A stretch of DNA of 64,000 bases from an uncultured Gemmatimonadales bacterium (GCA_963708135.1 OY970192.1:2976001-3040000), one strand, 5' to 3'. Positions 8,591 to 18,155 are shown, counted from the first letter of the stretch. Notes: generated by a model from the letters alone, not told the origin. Made by a program: numbers and translations.

Positions 8591-10408
8591 TCAGGCATGC
8601 GCCAGGGGCGCGGGGGAGCCGTCGGCGGAGGCGGCCGGCCGGCCGGCGTAGGGGATGCGCAGGTCGAACCGGCGCATGTCCCAGGCAGCCGTCGGACAGC
8701 GCTCGGCGCACAGGCCGCAGTGGATGCAGAGGTCCTCGTCCTTGACCATGATGCGGCCGGTCTGCGGCAGCTCCCCGGAGGCGAAGAGCGGCTGCTCGAG
8801 GTTCTCCGCGGGCGCGGTGAGGCGGGTGCGCAGGCTCGCCTCCGCGTCGCCGTCCCAGGTGATGGTCAGGCAGGAGAGCGGACAGACGTCGATGCAGGCG
8901 TCGCACTCGATGCAGAGCGCGTCGGTGAAGTGCGTCTGGATGTCGCAGTTCAGGCAGCGCTCGACCTCCTTCACCGTCTGCTCGAGGTCGAAGCCCATCT
9001 CGACCTCGACGCCGAGCCCCTCGAAGCGGCGCCGCAGCTCGACGTGGCGCATCGAGGCCCGCTGCACCGGGTCGTAGTCGTTGCTGTAGCTCCATTCGTG
9101 CAACCCCATCTTCTGGCTGACGAGGTTCATGCCGTAGGCCGGCCGCGCGTCGAGCGCCACCCCCTGGCAGCGGTTGTGGATCGAGATCGCCGCCTCGTGC
9201 CCATGCGCCACCGCCCAGATGATGTTCTCCGGGCCCCACGCCGCATCGCCGCCGGCGAAGACACCGGGCCGCGTGGTCTCGAAGGTGACGCGGTCCACGA
9301 CCGGGACGCCCCAGCGGTCGGCCTCGATGCCGACGTCGTCCTCGATCCAGGGGAACGCCGGCTCCTGCCCGATGGCGACGATGACGTCGTCGCACGGGAT
9401 GACCACGCTCTCGAGCGTCTCCGAGCGCAGCTTCCCCTTCTCGTCCTCGTGCCAGCGCACGATCTCGAACTCCATCCCGACCAGCCGCCCGTCCTCCACC
9501 ACGTAGCGCGTCGGCGAGTGGTTCTCGACGATCGCCACGCCCTCCTCCTCGGCATCGTCCAGCTCCCAGGGCGACGCCTTGAAGTAGGGGCGGGACTTGC
9601 GGGCCATGACCTTCACGTCCACGCCGCCCAGCCGCTTGGCCGTGCGGCAGCAGTCCATGGCCGTGTTGCCGACGCCGATCACCAGCACCCGCTCGCCGAT
9701 CGAGTCCTTGTGCTCGAACGCCACCGACTCCAGCCAGTCGATGCCGATGTGGACGTGCTCCCGGTCGTCCCAGCGACCCGGCAGGTCCAGCTCCTTGCCG
9801 CGCGGCGCGCCGCTGCCGATGAAGACGGCGTCCCAGCCCTCCGCGAGCAGCGCCCGGAGCGAGGTGACCGGCGTGTTCAGGCGCAGGTCCACGCCCATGT
9901 CGATGATCGTGCCGATCTCCTCCCGGAGCACCTCGGGCGGCAGCCGGAAGCGCGGGATGTTCGACCACATGAGCCCGCCCGCGCGGTCGCTCTTCTCGAA
10001 GATCGTGACCTCGTAGCCGAGCGGCATGAGGTCGTTGGCGACGGTGAGCGACGCCGGCCCCGCGCCGATGCACGCCACCCGCTTCCCGTTCTTCTGCGCG
10101 GGCGCCTTCGGCAGCCGGTCCGTGACATCCCCCTTCAGGTCCGCGGCCACGCGCTTCAGCCGGCAGATGGCGACGGGCTCCTCCTGCAGCCGTCCGCGCC
10201 GGCACGCCGGCTCGCACGGCCGGTCGCACGTGCGGCCCAGGATCCCCGGGAACACGTTCGACTCCCGGTTCAGCATGTACGCGTCCGCGTAGCGGCCCTG
10301 CGCGATCAGCCGGATGTACTCCGGCACGTTCGTGTGCGCGGGGCACGCCCACTGGCAGTCGACGACGCGGTGGTAGTACTGCGGGTCGGAGACGTCGCTC
10401 GGCTTCAT
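8591..10408 (-). CDS. GltD-like FAD/NAD(P)H oxidoreductase with C-terminal 2x[4Fe-4S] ferredoxin domain (KorC-like)
   Basis: CQWACP and CDRPCEPAC N-terminal Fe-S motifs, IGAGPA, IGVGNTAMD, FAGGD, CIECDACIDVCP, CIHCGLCAERCP. Confidence 0.88.
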   Translation of the reverse strand: MKPSDVSDPQYYHRVVDCQWACPAHTNVPEYIRLIAQGRYADAYMLNRESNVFPGILGRTCDRPCEPACRRGRLQEEPVAICRLKRVAADLKGDVTDRLPKAPAQKNGKRVACIGAGPASLTVANDLMPLGYEVTIFEKSDRAGGLMWSNIPRFRLPPEVLREEIGTIIDMGVDLRLNTPVTSLRALLAEGWDAVFIGSGAPRGKELDLPGRWDDREHVHIGIDWLESVAFEHKDSIGERVLVIGVGNTAMDCCRTAKRLGGVDVKVMARKSRPYFKASPWELDDAEEEGVAIVENHSPTRYVVEDGRLVGMEFEIVRWHEDEKGKLRSETLESVVIPCDDVIVAIGQEPAFPWIEDDVGIEADRWGVPVVDRVTFETTRPGVFAGGDAAWGPENIIWAVAHGHEAAISIHNRCQGVALDARPAYGMNLVSQKMGLHEWSYSNDYDPVQRASMRHVELRRRFEGLGVEVEMGFDLEQTVKEVERCLNCDIQTHFTDALCIECDACIDVCPLSCLTITWDGDAEASLRTRLTAPAENLEQPLFASGELPQTGRIMVKDEDLCIHCGLCAERCPTAAWDMRRFDLRIPYAGRPAASADGSPAPLAHA

Positions 10409-10623
10409 GCGCCTCGGGGCCCGGCGGCGGCCGCCGCCACGGCGGATTCGGCCGCGTCGTCGCCGGGAACGGAGAAGAGGGGACAGAACGCGCCGGTGCA
10501 GCTCACGCCGTAGACCAGACAGATGACGCCGATGGCGTCGTCCGCGATGGCCGGCTCGTGGAGCGCGGCGCCGGGCTTGAGCGCGACCGGCACGGGGCGG
10601 TCGCATGCGGAACAGAAGGCCAT
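10405..10623 (-). CDS. Small Cys-rich hypothetical protein (72 aa)
   Basis: MAFCSACDRP...ICLVYGVSCTGAFCP; its stop overlaps the next ATG (ATGA coupling). Confidence 0.6.
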   Translation of the reverse strand: MAFCSACDRPVPVALKPGAALHEPAIADDAIGVICLVYGVSCTGAFCPLFSVPGDDAAESAVAAAAAGPRGA

Positions 10624-10717
10624 GTGGTGCTGCACGGCTACCCCCGGGGAACGTGGGAGAGACGTGTCGGCATCGGATGCGGCGATGCAGGCGGGGCCGA
10701 CCACGGTTGGCTGTCTC

Positions 10718-10746
10718 AATTTAGGACCACGCCCGTGCACGGGCCA
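10718..10746 (-). promoter_or_regulatory. Candidate sigma70 promoter of the kor operon with embedded 14-bp palindrome
   Basis: TGGCCC-N17-TAAATT on the minus strand; perfect palindrome GCCCGTGCACGGGC at 10731-10744. Confidence 0.4.
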
Positions 10747-10753
10747 GTGGGGG

Positions 10754-10827
10754 GAGGGCGGCGAGGGCGGCGAGGGCGACGAGGGCGACGAGGGAGCCGA
10801 GGGCGTCGAGAGTGGGTGAGTGGGTGA
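10754..10827. repeat. Tandem 9-bp (GAGGGCGRC-like, about 6 copies) followed by 8-bp GAGTGGGT repeats
   Basis: Directly visible in the intergenic sequence. Confidence 0.75.
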
Positions 10828-11332
10828 CGCCGCGGCAGGGCGAGCTCATCGCATGCGGAGCTTCGCGGGGACGCCCGAAGAGTGGGTGAGCCGCCGGGGC
10901 GGGCGGATGGCCGGGACTGCGGGCGCTTCGCAGCGCGTGATCGCCCCTGAGAGCCGTCGCCGTCGTCGAATCTTCGGCGCCAGAAGGTTGCCTTTGGCCG
11001 GCCACTCTCGGCCCCGGACCTGGACAGGTCGCCGCTCGCCGCGGCGAACCGGCGCGAGTCGCCGCTCGTCGCGGCCATGACATCGAGATCCGACCTGTGC
11101 ACGAATGGCCGTCGCGATCCGCCACTCGATCCAGCGCGGGAAATCGCCGGCCGGGTTGTGCCTTCCTGGCGTGCAGACCTCGCCAGTCGCGCCGCCGCTT
11201 CGCTCCAGTGGCGGGTTCTGCACGCCCCCCGACCGGACGACGCGGGTGCACGCGCAGAGACGGAGCCAACCGGCCGGGCGAGCCCCTCGGCGCCCGCTCG
11301 ACCAAGGCTCCCGGGTCGCGCGCCCGTCGCCC

Positions 11333-13150
11333 TCACGACGGCGGCGCGACCCCGCCGGGGGCGGGACGGGGGGTGAGGGTGAAGAGGCCGTCGCCGAGCT
11401 GGCCCAGCGCGTTCCAGCCCCAGCACCACGCCTCGCCTGCCGTCGTAGTGCCGCACGTGAAGGCGGCCGGGGTGTTGGGGACGAAGCTCGTCTCGAGCGA
11501 CGCCGTGACCGCGCGGAAGCGTAGTCCGCCGGCCACCGCCGCCGGCACGGCCACGGAGGCGGTGTCGCCGGTGCCGAGCTGGCCGCTCCGGTTGTCGCCC
11601 CAGCACCAGGCGCCGCCGTCGGCCGCCACGGCGCAGGTGTAGGCGTTGCCGGCCGAGATGTCGGTGAAGGCGCGGCCGCCGGCCACGGGCGTGGGGGCGG
11701 TGCGTGGGGTGGTGGTGCCGTCGCCGAGCTGGCCGGCGTCGTTGCGGCCCCAGCAGTATGCCGCGCCGTCCGCGGCCAGGGCGCAGACGTGGCCGCCGCC
11801 TGCGGAGATGCGGGTGAAGGAGAGTCCGCCGGCCACCGCGGTGGGGCGGGCGAGGCCGCTGGGGGAGCCGGAAACGGTGGCGCCGTTGCCGAGCTCGCCG
11901 TGCGTGTCGTCGCCCCAGCACCAGGCGGCGCCGCCCTGCGCGATGCCGCAGGTCACGACGGCGCCGGCGGTCAGGGCGGTCAACGAGAGCCCGCCGGCGA
12001 CGGTGGTCGGGAGCGCGCGGTCCTCGAAGGTGCCGTCGCCGAGCTGGCCCGTGGCGTTCGCGCCCCAGCAGAACGCGGCGCCGCCGTCGTCGAGGGCGCA
12101 GGTGTGGTCCGCGCCGGCGCTCAGGGCCACGTAGCGGGCGTCTCCCGCCACCTGGACCGGGTGGTCCACATCGTAGGCGGCGCCGGTTCCCGTCGTCTGG
12201 CCGCGGCCCCAGCAGTAGAGCACGCCGGCCGGCACGAGCCCGCACGTCTGCACGCCGCCGGCCGCGAGGGCGGTGAAGGAGAGGCCGCCGGTCACCGCCA
12301 CGGGTCGCGGCGCGCAGCGGTCGCCCTGGAGCGCCGGCCCGCGCGTGTCGTAGTAGCAGCCGGCGAGCGTGTCCGCGCTGCCGAGCCAGGGGCCACGCCG
12401 TCCCCAGCACCAGGCCGCGCCGGCGGCGTCCAGGCCGCAGGCGTGCGCGTCCCCCGCCGCGAGCGAGCGCAGCGCCGCGGGCGCGAGCACGGTGAACGGC
12501 ACGTCGAGGATGACGCCCCCGGCGCGCGCCGTGACGGTGGTGCCGCCGGGCGATCCGGCCGTGGCCGTACCGTCGGGGCTCACGCTCAGGATGGCGGGGT
12601 CGCCGGTGCTCCACCCGGTGGCGGAATCGGGGAGCGGGTTTCCGAACGCGTCCACCGCCGCGAGCCGGACGACGCTGCCCACGGGGATCGAGCGGGCATC
12701 CGGCGCGAGGCGGGCGAGCGGCCCCACGAGGGCCGCCACCTCGGCGTGCTGGACGATCGCCGGCACCTCGCCGCCGCCAGGGGGCGCCGCCGTGGCGGTG
12801 GCCGCCACCGAGTAGCGCCCGGGGAGCTGGCCGAGGATGACCTCGACGCTGGCCCGCCCGCTGGCGTCCGTCCGCGTGCTGTCGGGGGCGACCGCCGCGC
12901 CGAGCGTGGGCGCGTTCGGCTCGAGATCCACGACGGACCACCGGACGACGACGCCCGGCACGGGTCGTCCCGCCGCGTCCGTCGCGACCACGGTGAGCGA
13001 GTCCGGCAGCGGCCGCCCCGCCGGTCCGGACTGATCCGCGCCGGCCACGAACGCAAGGGCGCTCGGCATGGTCCCCTCGGGCGCCGCTGGTGAGCGGTCG
13101 CACGCGGCGAGGGCGAGCGGGGCAACGAGGAGCGTGAGCAAGCGTCGCAT
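11333..13150 (-). CDS. Lipoprotein with Ig-like domains and RCC1-like repeats
   Basis: MRRLLTLLVAPLALAAC lipobox; Ig-like segments (WSTGDPAILSVSPDG); about 7 repeats of AGxxHxC...AWCWGxNxxGQLG. Confidence 0.88.
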   Translation of the reverse strand: MRRLLTLLVAPLALAACDRSPAAPEGTMPSALAFVAGADQSGPAGRPLPDSLTVVATDAAGRPVPGVVVRWSVVDLEPNAPTLGAAVAPDSTRTDASGRASVEVILGQLPGRYSVAATATAAPPGGGEVPAIVQHAEVAALVGPLARLAPDARSIPVGSVVRLAAVDAFGNPLPDSATGWSTGDPAILSVSPDGTATAGSPGGTTVTARAGGVILDVPFTVLAPAALRSLAAGDAHACGLDAAGAAWCWGRRGPWLGSADTLAGCYYDTRGPALQGDRCAPRPVAVTGGLSFTALAAGGVQTCGLVPAGVLYCWGRGQTTGTGAAYDVDHPVQVAGDARYVALSAGADHTCALDDGGAAFCWGANATGQLGDGTFEDRALPTTVAGGLSLTALTAGAVVTCGIAQGGAAWCWGDDTHGELGNGATVSGSPSGLARPTAVAGGLSFTRISAGGGHVCALAADGAAYCWGRNDAGQLGDGTTTPRTAPTPVAGGRAFTDISAGNAYTCAVAADGGAWCWGDNRSGQLGTGDTASVAVPAAVAGGLRFRAVTASLETSFVPNTPAAFTCGTTTAGEAWCWGWNALGQLGDGLFTLTPRPAPGGVAPPS

Positions 13151-13290
13151 GCTGAAGCCGTCCGAGGAGTGCCGTTCCGAGTCCACGAGCTCCGGGTACA
13201 CTGCGCACCCCGCGAGAGTTCGCGCCGGCGGCGGCCGAAACCCGATATCGCGCGACCGCGTAGGGCGGAAGACCCCTTTCGGGAGAGCGC

Positions 13291-15702
13291 ATGCTCAACG
13301 ACCTCCGTCACGCCACACGCGGCATCGTCCGCGACCCGGGCCTCGCCCTCATCGCGGTGCTGGCGCTCGCGCTGGGGATCGGGCTTACGGCTGGCATGTT
13401 CAGCATCGTGTACGGCGCGCTGTGGCGCGGCATGCCCTTCGAGCGGGCGGACCGGCTGATCACGGTGATGCGCGTGGATGTCGCGCGCGGCAGCGGGCGG
13501 CTGCCGGTGCGCACGCGCGAGCTGGCGGAGTATCGCGCCCGGGCCCGGTCCTTCGAGGGGCTGGCCGGTTGGTACGACGCGACGGTGAACGTGAGCGGGA
13601 CGGAGCGGCCGGTGCGGGCGGACGGCGCGTACGTCGCCGCGAACGCGTTCGGCCTGGTGCGCGTGCGGCCGATGCTCGGACGCGACTTCTCGGCGGCAGA
13701 CGAGGCGCCCGGCGCACCCCCCGTCGCCATCCTGGCGTACACGCTCTGGCGCGACCGCTACCACGCGGACGCGGGCATGGTGGGGCGGACGATCCGGGCG
13801 AACGGCGTGCCGACTACCGTGGTCGGGGTCATGCCGGCGGGGTTCCGCTTCCCCGACGACAACGAGCTGTGGCTGCCCCTCCGCGATGATCCGCTGCGCG
13901 TCGGCTGGGACGCCGGGCCGATGCTGGAGGTGTTCGGGCGGCTGAAGGACGGCATCCCGCTCGCGCAGGCCAACGCGGAGATCGCGGGCATCCAGCGGCG
14001 CATCGCGCTCGAGCACCCGACCGAGGAGAAGGGGCTCGCGGCGCGGGTGGCACCCATCCTGGAGGACTACATGGGCCCTTCGGAGCGGCACCTGCTCTTC
14101 ACGATGCTCGGCGCGGTCATCCTGGTGCTGCTCATCGGCTGCTTCAACGTGGCCAACCTGCTGCTCAGCCGCACGCTCGTGCGCACCCGCGAGATCGGCA
14201 TCCGGGCGGCGCTCGGCGCCGGGCGGACCCGCATCGCGACGCAGTTCCTGACCGAGGCGCTGGTGCTGGCGCTCGCCGGCGCGCTGCTCGGGACCGGCAT
14301 CGCCTGGGCCGGAGTGCGAGCCTTCCGCGCCGCCATCGCCGGCACGAACCCGCCCTTCTACCTGGACTTCCGGCTGGACGCGGTGCCGCTCCTGTTCACG
14401 CTGGCGCTCGCCGTCGCCTCCGCGGTGCTCGCCGGCGCGCTGCCGGCGCTGCGCGCGGGGCGGGCGGACGTGGCAGGGGTGCTGAAGGACGAGTCGAGGG
14501 GCGGCTCCAGCCTGCGGCTGGGCCGGCTCACGCGCGGGCTGGTGATGCTCGAGGTGGCGCTCTCCTGCGGGCTGCTCGTCGGCGCGGGGCTCGCCGTCAA
14601 GAGCGTCGCGCGGCTGCGTACCCTCGACCTCGGCATGCCCGCCGACCACATCTTCGACGCCCGCTTGACGCTGCCCGCCTCGACCTACCCGGACGACGCC
14701 GCGCGCACCGCCTTCTGGGACGCGCTGGTGCCCCGCCTGCGCGCCATCCCCGGCGTGCGCGACGCCTCCCTCGCTACGGCAGCGCCCGGTCTCGGCGCGG
14801 GCTACGACGCCATCACCGTCGAGGGGCACGCCTACGCCCGCGAGGGCGATCACCCGGTCGTGCATTCCGTCACCGTTTCGCCCGGCTTCCTCCGCACGTT
14901 GGCGCTCCGGCCGCTCGCGGGCCGGAGCTTCGCCGAAGGCGACGTCGCCGCCGCCCTCCCCGTCGCCCTCGTCAACCGCTCCCTCGCCCGGCGCCAGTTC
15001 CCGGACGGCGCCGTCGGCCGTCGGATCCGGCTCGGCCCCGGCGCCGCGGACTCCGTCTGGCGCACCATCGTGGGAGTGGTGCCGGACGCCTACGCCAACC
15101 AGGCCGGCGCGCCGAACAATGCGCCCGACGCCATCTACCTGCCGCTCGCGCAGCAGCCCGCGGAGGGCGCGCACATCCTGCTGCGGACCGCCGGCTCGCC
15201 CACCAGCATGACCGGGGCCGTACGCGACGCCGTGAACGGCCTCGACCCCGACCTGCCCATCTACCGGGTGGACGCGCTCGACCACGCCGTGCACGCGCGC
15301 CTCTGGTTCGTGCGCGTCTTCGGCGCGATGCTCGTGCTCTTCGGCGGTGCCGCGCTGTTCCTGGCCACCGTCGGGCTGTACGCCGTGATGGCCTTCTCCG
15401 TGCGCCGGCGCACGCGGGAGATGGGGATCCGGATGGCGCTCGGCGCCCGCGCCGAGGACCTGCTGCGTCTCGTGCTCCGGCAGGGGATGACCCAGGCCGC
15501 CATCGGCCTCGCGCTCGGGCTGCTCCTCGCCCTCGGCCTCTCGCGCCTCCTGGCCATCGTCCTCTTCGGCGTGAATCCCCGCGATCCTGCCGTCTTCGCG
15601 GCGATCGCGCTGGTCCTTGCCGGCACCGCCGCCCTCGCGTGCGTCATCCCCGCGCGGCGCGCGGCGAGGGTGGCGCCGAACACGGCGCTCAAGCTGGAGT
15701 GA
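13291..15702 (+). CDS. ADOP-type duplicated ABC permease (MacB_PCD/FtsX x2)
   Basis: LALGIGLTAGMFS, NVANLLL..REIGIRAALGA and RRTREMGIRMALGA; 803 aa; no ATPase gene adjacent. Confidence 0.9.
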   Translation: MLNDLRHATRGIVRDPGLALIAVLALALGIGLTAGMFSIVYGALWRGMPFERADRLITVMRVDVARGSGRLPVRTRELAEYRARARSFEGLAGWYDATVNVSGTERPVRADGAYVAANAFGLVRVRPMLGRDFSAADEAPGAPPVAILAYTLWRDRYHADAGMVGRTIRANGVPTTVVGVMPAGFRFPDDNELWLPLRDDPLRVGWDAGPMLEVFGRLKDGIPLAQANAEIAGIQRRIALEHPTEEKGLAARVAPILEDYMGPSERHLLFTMLGAVILVLLIGCFNVANLLLSRTLVRTREIGIRAALGAGRTRIATQFLTEALVLALAGALLGTGIAWAGVRAFRAAIAGTNPPFYLDFRLDAVPLLFTLALAVASAVLAGALPALRAGRADVAGVLKDESRGGSSLRLGRLTRGLVMLEVALSCGLLVGAGLAVKSVARLRTLDLGMPADHIFDARLTLPASTYPDDAARTAFWDALVPRLRAIPGVRDASLATAAPGLGAGYDAITVEGHAYAREGDHPVVHSVTVSPGFLRTLALRPLAGRSFAEGDVAAALPVALVNRSLARRQFPDGAVGRRIRLGPGAADSVWRTIVGVVPDAYANQAGAPNNAPDAIYLPLAQQPAEGAHILLRTAGSPTSMTGAVRDAVNGLDPDLPIYRVDALDHAVHARLWFVRVFGAMLVLFGGAALFLATVGLYAVMAFSVRRRTREMGIRMALGARAEDLLRLVLRQGMTQAAIGLALGLLLALGLSRLLAIVLFGVNPRDPAVFAAIALVLAGTAALACVIPARRAARVAPNTALKLE

Positions 15703-15775
15703 GGGCGGGCGGCGCCGGGACGCCTCGAATGATATCGGCAGCGGAAGGATCTCTCGCGGGAGCGGCCGACCCGCC

Positions 15776-16215
15776 TCAGTCCGCGAGGACGCGGAACGCG
15801 TTGCTCGTGAGCGTGGCGTCGCCATCGTCGAGCGGCCACTCGACGCGCGCCCGGAAACGGTATGTACCGGACCGAAGGAACGAATAGACCGGCTGGAGGC
15901 CGACGGCCGACGCTCCCGGCCGCAGCACATCGAGCTCGGCCCCGCATATCGCCCCGTCCGGGAGCTTCTGCACCGCGATCCAGCCCTCGCCCTCCCGCCG
16001 CTCGAGGGCCGACGAGCAAAGGTTGTAGCCGAGCGCCTGCTGCGAGCCGTTTCCCAGCGTCACGCGGACGGTGTCACCGACGGCGAAGCGCGTCCCCGCC
16101 ACGCTGAAGCTCAATCCGGGCGGCGTCTCGGCCCCGGCAGGTCCGTCGGGGTCGAGCTGCATGCCCCGATCGGCAGCGCCAGCACGGCGAGAAGCAGTCA
16201 GCACCGCGTAACCAT
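15776..16215 (-). pseudogene. Disrupted lipoprotein with Ig-like beta-sandwich domain
   Basis: ATG at 16215 reads MVTRC*LLLAVLALPIGAC-SSTPT with an in-frame TGA at 16198-16200; the mature domain (GYNLC...C..L.PG..GTYRF) lies in another frame. Confidence 0.6.
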
Positions 16216-16648
16216 CCCGCTCCAGCAGCCGGGCGCACGTGCGCACGCCCCGCGGGAAGCTCAACGCACTGGCCGGTGCTTCCATGACAGCACCGATTCG
16301 GCCGAGGGGGTTGCAGCGGTCGTGCACTCCAGACGCTGGCGCCGGCAGGCAACCACTGCGGAGCAACCACGGGTTCGGAGTCCGGGGCTCCCCCCCGTAG
16401 GCGCTCACTTGAGGCCGACGCTCGCCACGGCCATCGACAACCCCGGTGTACGCATCCTTGGCTCGGCGCGCGCCGCGGCGGCCACAGCGGCCGCGGCGGT
16501 CCCGGAGGCCGCGCCGATCGCGAACGCCGACCCTCGTGTGCGGCGGGTGCGGCGGTCCCCCGCCGACGCCCCGCGAACGCCGGCCCTTGTATGCGGCGGG
16601 CGCCGCCGCCGTCGGCCCCTGCGGCGCCGGCCCCTGCGCGCAGCCGCG

Positions 16649-16817
16649 GTGAACTCCCGACCCGTACCCTGGCGCAGAGACGGTTGGGGAGTTGACCGCG
16701 CTATTCGTTGTCAACTCCCCACGGGCCCCAGGTCCGTGGGAACGATTGGGGACTTTGCCGCGCTATTCGTTGTCAACTCCCCAAACGTCGATTCCACGAC
16801 CGACCCGTGGGGACTTT
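16649..16817. repeat. Degenerate array of 38-bp palindromic repeats, 61-62 bp period
   Basis: Copies at 16684-16721 and 16746-16783 (35/38 identical) with a 24-bp spacer; partial copies at about 16649 and 16808. Confidence 0.75.
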
Positions 16818-17135
16818 CCTGTCTTCGCGGGGCCAGGCACTCCCCCCCTTCCTCTGGGCAGGATCGCCTTGGCGCGCGCGGTTGAATCCGATCGTGAGCC
16901 GCAGCGGCGCCTTCGTCTGGCCCGCGCACGATCGCCTCGCCCCGCGGGCGTCGCCCGGCGGGAGGGCGCTCCGGGCACGCCGGCCGCGCCCTGCCGCCCC
17001 TTCGGGCGGGAGCTCGATGGAAACCGTCCCGGTCGCCGATTGCGTTCCTGCGGTTGGCGGCGCATTCATAGGGGCCGTCACAGGGACACCGCCAGCGGCC
17101 GCCCGGGCCGCACACACCCGATAGAGGAGATCGCC

Positions 17136-17987
17136 ATGCCGCTCCCCGGTCGAGACCCGCGCGTCTGCCGCACCGCCGGGCCGCGCCCTCCGGCGCCGTG
17201 CGCGAGAGACGGTGCGGCGAGACGGAGGCGCCGTCCGGGGATCGTCGCCTCGGGCGGGTTGCTCCTCGGCCTGGCCGCGTCCGTCCTCGGCCTCGGCACG
17301 GCCGCGCCCGCCGCCGCCCAGCAGCCCGACACGTTCACGAACCTCAAGGTGCTGCCGAAGGACATCTCGCGGGAGCGGCTGCTCGCGGTGATGCGCCACT
17401 TCACGGATGACCTGGGCGTGCGCTGCACGTTCTGTCACGTGCAGGAGAAGGGGCAGCGGCGGCCGGACTTCGCGAAGGACGACAAGCTGACCAAGCGGCG
17501 CGCGCGCTTCATGCTCGAGATGGTGCGGGACCTGAACGGCAAGGTGCTGCCGCAGATCCCGGAGCCGGAGAGTTCGCTCGTGCGCGTGAACTGCTACACC
17601 TGCCATCGCGGACGGCCCATGCCGCAGACACTGGCGGACACGCTGGGGCGCATCATCGCGGCCGAGGGGGTGGGCGCGGTGCCCGCCGTCTACCAGGAGC
17701 TGCGGGAGAAGTACTACGGCCGGGGAATGTACGACTTCGGCCCCTCGACGCTGGTCGAGATGGCGCTCGGCCTCGCCCGGGAAAAGCGGACCGACGACGC
17801 GCTGGCCCTCCTCCAGCTCAACCTCACGCAGTACCCGCGAGATGCGGACACCTACGTGGGCATCGGCGAGGTCCAGCAGGCGGCCGGAAGGAAGGACGAG
17901 GCGATTCAGGCGTACCAAAAGGCACTCGAGCTCGACCCGAAGAACAGAGCGGCGCAGCGGGCCCTGGAGCGGCTCGGGAGCACGTAG
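17136..17987 (+). CDS. Exported diheme c-type cytochrome with C-terminal TPR
   Basis: Signal peptide ending AAA-QQ; NLKVLP, CTFCH and CYTCH; TPR segment AIQAYQKALELDPKN; AGAGGAG RBS. Confidence 0.85.
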   Translation: MPLPGRDPRVCRTAGPRPPAPCARDGAARRRRRPGIVASGGLLLGLAASVLGLGTAAPAAAQQPDTFTNLKVLPKDISRERLLAVMRHFTDDLGVRCTFCHVQEKGQRRPDFAKDDKLTKRRARFMLEMVRDLNGKVLPQIPEPESSLVRVNCYTCHRGRPMPQTLADTLGRIIAAEGVGAVPAVYQELREKYYGRGMYDFGPSTLVEMALGLAREKRTDDALALLQLNLTQYPRDADTYVGIGEVQQAAGRKDEAIQAYQKALELDPKNRAAQRALERLGST

Positions 17988-18091
17988 AGGATCCCGAACG
18001 CGGGACGGGGGACGCGGGGCGCGGGAGTGGGCAGGGCCGCGGCGCCGGCAAAGCCTCGCACGCCGGGCACTCTCGCCCGCGAAGAGCATCG

Positions 18092-18122
18092 CCCACTCCC
18101 CCACTCCCCCACTCCCCCACTC
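18092..18122. repeat. 8-bp tandem repeat (CCCCCACT) x about 4
   Basis: Visible between convergent genes. Confidence 0.75.
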
Positions 18123-18155
18123 GCGGGGCCGGGCAGGGCGGTGGAAACGGCCGCA

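Noticed and set aside
16198..16200. TGA as selenocysteine or read-through codon
   Set aside because: It lies in a signal peptide, and a frameshift follows, so decay is the simpler explanation.
16649..16817. Calling the repeats a bona fide CRISPR array
   Set aside because: Only two near-complete repeats, short spacers, no leader and no cas genes; kept as an unclassified repeat.
17136..17987. Evidence of phototrophy from the reaction-centre-cytochrome-like domain
   Set aside because: Only two hemes and no puf, bch or crt genes in the window.
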